DNA from: Macrostomum hystrix
Lineage: Eukaryota > Animalia > Platyhelminthes
Reading direction: 5' to 3'
Assembly: GCA_950097015.1 (NCBI GenBank)
Contig: CATNEN010000030.1
Location: forward strand, 1,488,001-1,552,000
DNA: 64,000 nucleotides
Position 1 is the first letter of the stretch, and every line of letters starts with the position of its first letter. A program made the position numbers and the translations under genes. Below the pieces are notes generated by a model. The model was not told the origin of the DNA. It ran no database searches and saw nothing but the letters and a program-made list of their open reading frames with translations. Below, one piece after another: positions 58,265 through 64,000 of this stretch.

Positions 58265-61200
58265 TCAGCCTTGCAGACTGCGCAGGCAGCTGACCGTGTC
58301 AGAGAGCAGCTGGGCTAGGATTTCGTCGGCCACCTTCAGCTTGGCTTCGGTTTCGTCCACTTCGTAATCAACCCAGCCCGGCTCCTCTTGGCGAAGCTCT
58401 TCAACTAGCACCTGGTATGCGGGGATAGACATGAGATTAGACTTAATGAGTTCCGGTCATGCGGCGACAATCGAATGATAACAGTTGACTGTGACTTCCG
58501 GTCATGCAATGACAATCTAATAACAGCTGACTGTGACTTCCGGACATCTGGAACCACCAGAGCGCCAATTAAGTTAAAGACCTCACCTGATCCACCCGAT
58601 CTCGACGCTTCATTGCCGACCAGGCCTGTAGTTTGCCGATGCGCTGCTGCGCCGGCGCTGGACGCAGCTGCGCTTCAGCAGTGGACGACGTCTCTGAGGA
58701 CAGCCTGCGAACGCCGGGCACGCTGGCAAGACGTTGTCGAACGGCTTCGACAAGCTCGGCTTCGTCCGAGGGTGGGCGACGACGAAAGCGCGGCCTGAGA
58801 AAGTAGCGCGTCCGCTCCGGTGGCTCCCAGTCAGCCGGGCCACCGGCAGGCGCCGGAGCGCCCTCGTCACCGGGAGCGGGCTCGATCACCGGCGCTGGCG
58901 GCAACGGTGGCTGCGGTAGCTGAAGGACCTCGCGCAGTTCATCCGTCACTAGCTGGTGAATGCCAACGGCAAAGGCGCGACCAGCTTTGGTAGCGGTGGC
59001 TACAACGTTAGCAGCGGCTGACGAGTTGCCTTCATCGTCCTCGTCTTCGTCGTCGGGCGATTCAACAGAGGCGGCGACAGCGGCAGCGGCAGCAACGGCC
59101 GATGGATCTAATGTTGCCATGGCAACAAGTTCTTCGGGAGCTTCATCGTCTAAAGGCTGACCGGATGATAGGCGGGCCAGCTGGGAGCGAAGCGAGTGAC
59201 CGGCCAGCTCGGCAACTTCAGCCTCGGAGCTGGGCACTAGTGGAGTCGGTGGAGGCGGGGCAGTCAGCGGCAAAGCTGGCGTCAGTGGCGGAGTAGGCGG
59301 CGCTTCTCGAACTTCGGCGGTGGCAGAAGAAGCCGACCCGGAAGCTGGCTGCGGGCGTTTTGCAGCGGCAGCCACATCCAGGAGGTCCTCCTCCCACATG
59401 TCCTCGTCGAGAAGAGCGTGGCCAACGGATCCGGTTGGAGGACGCGGCGGAATAGGCGGAGATGGCGACGGCTGGGACGGCTTTGCCGCAGGTAGGGCCG
59501 CGGCAGTGTCACGCCTGCGTCGCCGCAATTCAACGGCCTCGTTAAGGGCGCCGGCCAACAGCTGGTGGGTGAGCTCGTCACTGAGCTGATCAGCGCGCAG
59601 CTCAGACCGGTGCAGCGAGGCCTCCTGGATGGCCGTGGCCAACTGGTTGTCGGTAAGATCGTCCTCGGCTGCCACGACGTCGGTAGGCAGAACACTCGTC
59701 GGCGGCTTCTCATCGAAGATGAGCAAAGGCGATGCTGCTCTGGTTGTCTCGTCCAGTTGTCTGGGAGCTTCATTCTCCTCTTCTTCTACTTCATCAAATG
59801 GCAGCTCTTCGGCGATGTCCTCTTCTTCTTCAATTGCTGCGGCTGACGAGTCGCGTTTAGCGCTCTCCAACTCGGAAGCCGGCTGACCGCGGCCTGAGGG
59901 CGCCGATTCGCTGGCCTCACTGGGCAGATCGGACATCTCAGACGGAATGGTGCGCGCAGACATCGGCACGTCTTCTTCGTCTTCCTTGTCCTTCTCTTCT
60001 TCGTCATAATTTTGGCGCTCCTCATTCTTTGCGAGTTCAATGCGTGGCGACGGACGCTTAGACGGTGACTTCGGCTTCTGAGCTGGTCGCTTTTCATCGT
60101 CGCTATTGAAGCTGTACTCCTCGTTTATTTCGGAAAAGTTCACAACTCGGGGGGTGCGCGGAGTTCTTGCTGATGCTGGCTGTCCATCGTCGCCGCTGTG
60201 AACATCTTCCTCGTCATCCACGACCGCTGCGGAAGCTGATGCCTCTTCGGCATCCTCGTGACGTCGGAGGTCGCGCTCGGGCTCAGAAGACACGGTGACC
60301 TGTCGTGACGCGGTGCGAACGCTGTCATCTCGCGAGTCCAGAACCTGCCTGCGTTGGCTGCCGCCTGACGAGGACACCGAAGCCGACGCCGAGGAAGCCT
60401 TGTCAGCTTCGAAGTCTTCCGAGTAGGCACCGGCGCCGCCGGCACCGGCTGAGTCACTGCTCGGCGGGATGTCCTCCTGTGCGGAGACTGCGGCGGCGGA
60501 AGCGGAAGCTGAAACGCGTCGGCTGCCGCTGACGGTGGTCGAAGACGACTCGGAGTCTGCTGCGGCTTCAATCTCCTCTGTCATGCTGCTTGTTGAATTG
60601 GTTCGTCGACTACGCGCTGTAGACAGCGCTCGCGGCGTAGTGGCCGGCTCTCCGCTTGACGCAGCTTCGTCGACCTCTTCTTCAACCGCCTCAGCCATCG
60701 AGGCCGTTTGGTTTCGCGGCGTCCTTGGCGATCTGGCCGAAGTTGGCGCTGATGCAGGCGACGCAGCCGACGAAGCTTTACGGGGCGACGCTATTGGCGA
60801 CGCAGCCGACGAAGCTTTACGGGGCGACGCTAACGGCGATGCGGTCGAAGTAGTTGCCGACGAAGCGTGGGCATCTCGGCGCGGGTCTGCCGAAACTGCT
60901 GACTCTGTTGCTGACGACTTGCCAGCGCGATCACCGCCGCTACGACGACTTCCAGTTTGCGCTGAAGCAGATTCAGATGTCTCAGATGACGACGTAGTGG
61001 CCGAGCCTTTGCCACCCTGAGCTGCTCGCCGCAAATCTTTCTCTAGATCGGCTATGTTCTTATCGTAGGCCTCAATACGGCGCACTAGTTCGCGTTCTTT
61101 TTGCCGCAGCTGGTCCTTGGAGACACGGCTGTGCTCGCGCTTTAGTCGCTTTAGCATCTGCTGCCTTTCCTGCATCTGGCGGGTCAGGGCCTGAATGCGG

Positions 61201-63853
61201 GCCTCGTATTCGGACACTTCAGTCTCTGTAATAGCGAGGGGTTGATGTTTGTAAGGTAAAACAAAAACTATTTAATTGTTCGAAAAAATGCAATTCACAC
61301 CGTTCACAGTGGTCTCATTTGCAGTCCTAGGTGTCGTAGCCGCTTTAGAAAACTGGGTGTCAACAACGGTTGCGCTCTCAGTCACTGTGCGAGCCGACGA
61401 TCGGGCCGTATCAACCGGAGCCGCCGAAGCGGAGTCTTCTTCGAAACTCTCCGCGTAGCTTCGCGACACTGTAGGCTGCACCTCCGTGGCGATGGAAGCT
61501 GTAGTTGAAGAAGCTGTTGACGAAGGCGATGGCGACGAACGACCAGCCGCAGCGGCTGGTTTTGAACGAGTTGCGACAGGTCGGTTTCGGCTAGTTAGAG
61601 TCGACGTACTGCTGCCGCTGTCCGAGTCAACCTCCTTTGCTGTGGCAGATGGGCCATCCCTGGCAGTCTTGGCAGCAGCAGCAGCAGCAGCAGCGGGTGC
61701 TTGTGCTCGCTTCTTTACATCGCGACTCGGCGCAGACGCAGCGGCCGAAGATGCAGCCGACTGCCAACTAATGAGCTCGCGAGACTCCTGACGGCGCTGG
61801 TGAAGGCGTTGTTCGCGCGGCGTCAGACTGTCCGGCCGCAATTTGCGCATCTGGCGGTCCAGCTGGCTCAGGCTGCCATAGATTGTTAATAAATGTTTAT
61901 ATGCTTTGTTTGAGTCAGTATTACTCGTTCTCCCACCTGGCCGCCCTGTACATACAATCTATAGACTTCCGTCTCTAGCCCCGTTAATCTCCAATCCTTC
62001 TTTACAGATGTGGAAAAAACAAATCTATAAAAGTTCAGAGAAGGAAATGGAAGGGGGCGAAATTGACGACAGGTGCTATGCAGGAAATGAATGATTGAAG
62101 CAACATCAGGTAATTATAATTACGTCCTCGAGCTGCAGCGCTTAATTATACAGTTGACGCCAAGGACTAACATGTTAGCGGCACCTGGGCGCTAACAGGT
62201 GCAAGCGTTCGAGAAGAGCTACAGAAACAATCGAACTCACCTAGATGTGTCAGCCTCCTCGTCATCATCAACTTCTTCCTTCTTGTCCGATGGCTGCCTC
62301 GGCTTCTGCTTTTGCTGTTGTTGCCGCTGCTGCAAGCCGTGCAGCTGTCGCAGAGCTCGAATCTGCTGCTTCTCCAAGCGGTACTGCTCAAACACCAGGC
62401 GCTCGTTGGCCGCAATTTTTTCTTTAGGCCACACCTCGTGCTGCTCCATGGCAGCACCGCCGCCGTTCGCCAGGCTGCGCAAGAATATTAGCGACTTCTT
62501 AGCGGTCTCCTTGGCGCTGCGCTGCCTCAGGGCCAGAAGCTTGGCCTGATAAGCACGACGGCCGGCCTCGTCCTGCTGGTACATCCGGGCAATGTCCTGG
62601 GTTAGCCGCTCGTAGGAGGCGTCAGCCCGGATAATCGGAGCCAGGGCCGAAGCCGGCGTAGCGGCAGCCGCACCAGATTTGCGTTGCCGTTTAACAGTGC
62701 GTCTGCGCTGACTCTCAGAAGGCAGCACTTCACGCAGCGACTTATCATCCTCAGCGTCAACATCGTCGTAATCTTCGTCGTAGACTTCTGTGACTTCTTC
62801 TTCGACATCGGTGGCGTCAGCGGCCTGAAGCAGGCTCTGACTAGCCGTTGTTGTAGTCAGCAGCGTGGTGGAAGCCGACGAGATGTCGTGGACTGCGGCC
62901 GCAGCCGCTGCCACTGCCGGCTCGACAGCATCGGCGCCGCTAGTGATTGTGAAATCCTCTTCGTCTATTGTGGATTCGACTGGTTGTTGGGGCTTTGAAG
63001 GCGGCGCAATGACAGTAGCTCCTACACCTGTCACCTGTAAATGTAAGCATCAGTTTACATTTACATTTATTTAATATTTTGAACTGGAAGTAGCTGATCC
63101 CTTTCAGTCCTACAGCTGATCCATCCCAGAACTACAGCTGGCTGTAGCTGATCCCTGCAGAACTACAGCTGATCCCTCCCAGTACTACAGCTGATCCCTC
63201 CCAGAACTACAGCTGATCCCTACCAGAACTACAGCTGATCCCTCCCAGAACTACAGCTGATCCCTACCAGTACTACAGCTGATCCCTACCAGTACTACAG
63301 CTGATCCCTACCAGTACTACAGCTGATCCCTACCAGAACTACAGCTGATCCCTCCCAGTACTACAGCTGATCCCTCCCAGTACTACAGCTGATCCCTCCC
63401 AGTACTACAGCTGATCCCTACCAGTACTACAGCTGATCCCTCCCAGTACTACAGCTGATCCCTCCCAGTACTACAGCTGATCCCTCCCAGAACTACAGCT
63501 TAGCCATCGTAGTTGCTTGCCTTCTCTTTTCGTTGTTGTTGCTGTGCAGATGGCGTCACAGTAGCAGGCGCCGCTGGAACGGCCGCAGCTGCAGAGCGCC
63601 TGGGCTTCGGTGTTGACGTGGCAGTCTGGGTGGCATCCTGCAAAGTATTTTAAACAGCAATCGGAGGGTGAACAACCTATAATTATTTTTCGATAAAAAT
63701 GAACAATTATTAATAATCAAGCCAGTTTAGGTTAGTTACTATGACAAGCTGTAAATAGGCAAGTTATTAAACCATTACCTCGCGCAGTACAATAGCCGGC
63801 TTAGCTTGGAACTGGGCCAGAATGGCGTTCAATCGCAGATTTTCGTCTCGAAT
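58265..63853 (-). CDS. CEP350: CEP350-like centriolar protein, 5'-partial (1447 aa within the window)
   Basis: Phase-consistent exons 63853-63779, 63637-63521, 63034-62241, 61872-61301, 61225-58587, 58411-58265 (TGA). Conserved blocks: LTPREQRLHQRRQESRELISWQ, SEYEARIQALTRQMQERQQMLKRLKRE...ELVRRIEAYD, and C-terminal KRRDRVDQVLVEELRQEEPGWVDYEVDETEAKLKVADEILAQLLSDT. Confidence 0.85.
58450..58550. repeat. Short 42-45-bp tandem duplication (~2.5 copies) in the last CEP350 intron
   Basis: TTCCGGTCATGC...GACAATC...ATAACAG(T/C)TGACTGTGAC repeated. Confidence 0.8.
63085..63500. repeat. 22-bp minisatellite (~18 copies) in a CEP350 intron
   Basis: Unit CAGCTGATCCCT(C/A)CCAG(T/A)ACTA. Confidence 0.96.
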
Positions 63854-63954
63854 CTGAAGGCACACATTGTTAGAAGCAATTTCATTGTTTATTGTGTTAG
63901 TGCGCCATGCGGTAGCAATAATTAAATAGATAACTTTGATCATCAAGTTTGTTA

Positions 63955-64000
63955 GAACATGACTGAAAGGTCAGGGGTTTGATTCCCGACTCCACTGGAA
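63955..64000 (+). other. Possible start of a tRNA-derived SINE head cut by the window edge
   Basis: TGACTGAAAGGTCAGGGGTTTGATTCCCC resembles an anticodon arm plus B-box; too short to be sure. Confidence 0.3.

Noticed and set aside
58610-63074. Numerous + strand ORFs and alternative-frame ORFs over CEP350
   Set aside because: Shadow ORFs of GC-rich, stop-poor coding sequence.
927-63500. CRISPR-like appearance of 20-40 bp repeat arrays
   Set aside because: Units are head-to-tail with no unique spacers, there are no cas genes, and the context is spliceosomal.

Overview
Eukaryotic (animal) genomic DNA with GT-AG introns, GC-rich polyQ/polyA-rich exons and AT-rich introns full of minisatellites. 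The style suggests a free-living flatworm such as Macrostomum, but that is inference. Five spliced host genes could be reconstructed by hand: the 3' part of BBOF1/CCDC176 (+, 3-8376); a polyQ + 3CxxC zinc-finger (RTP/ZAR1-family) gene with an in-frame TAG (+, 11143-13821); a secreted, probably GPI-anchored alpha-carbonic anhydrase (+, 18546-20730); a 30-kb muscleblind gene (-, 55012-25089); and the 3' part of a CEP350-like gene (-, 63853-58265). The most notable accessory element is a 2.2-kb Crypton-type tyrosine-recombinase transposon (27091-29282) in the last muscleblind intron. Its ends appear resolvable: a 5-bp AGATT direct repeat, each copy adjoined internally by an imperfect inverted 10-bp arm, so the predicted circle junction looks like a lox/dif-type site. 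The window also has about 20 different tandem-repeat arrays (roughly 20% of the sequence), several copies of a tRNA-derived CORE-type SINE and a probable MITE. No database searches were run; family assignments rest on motifs recognised from memory.
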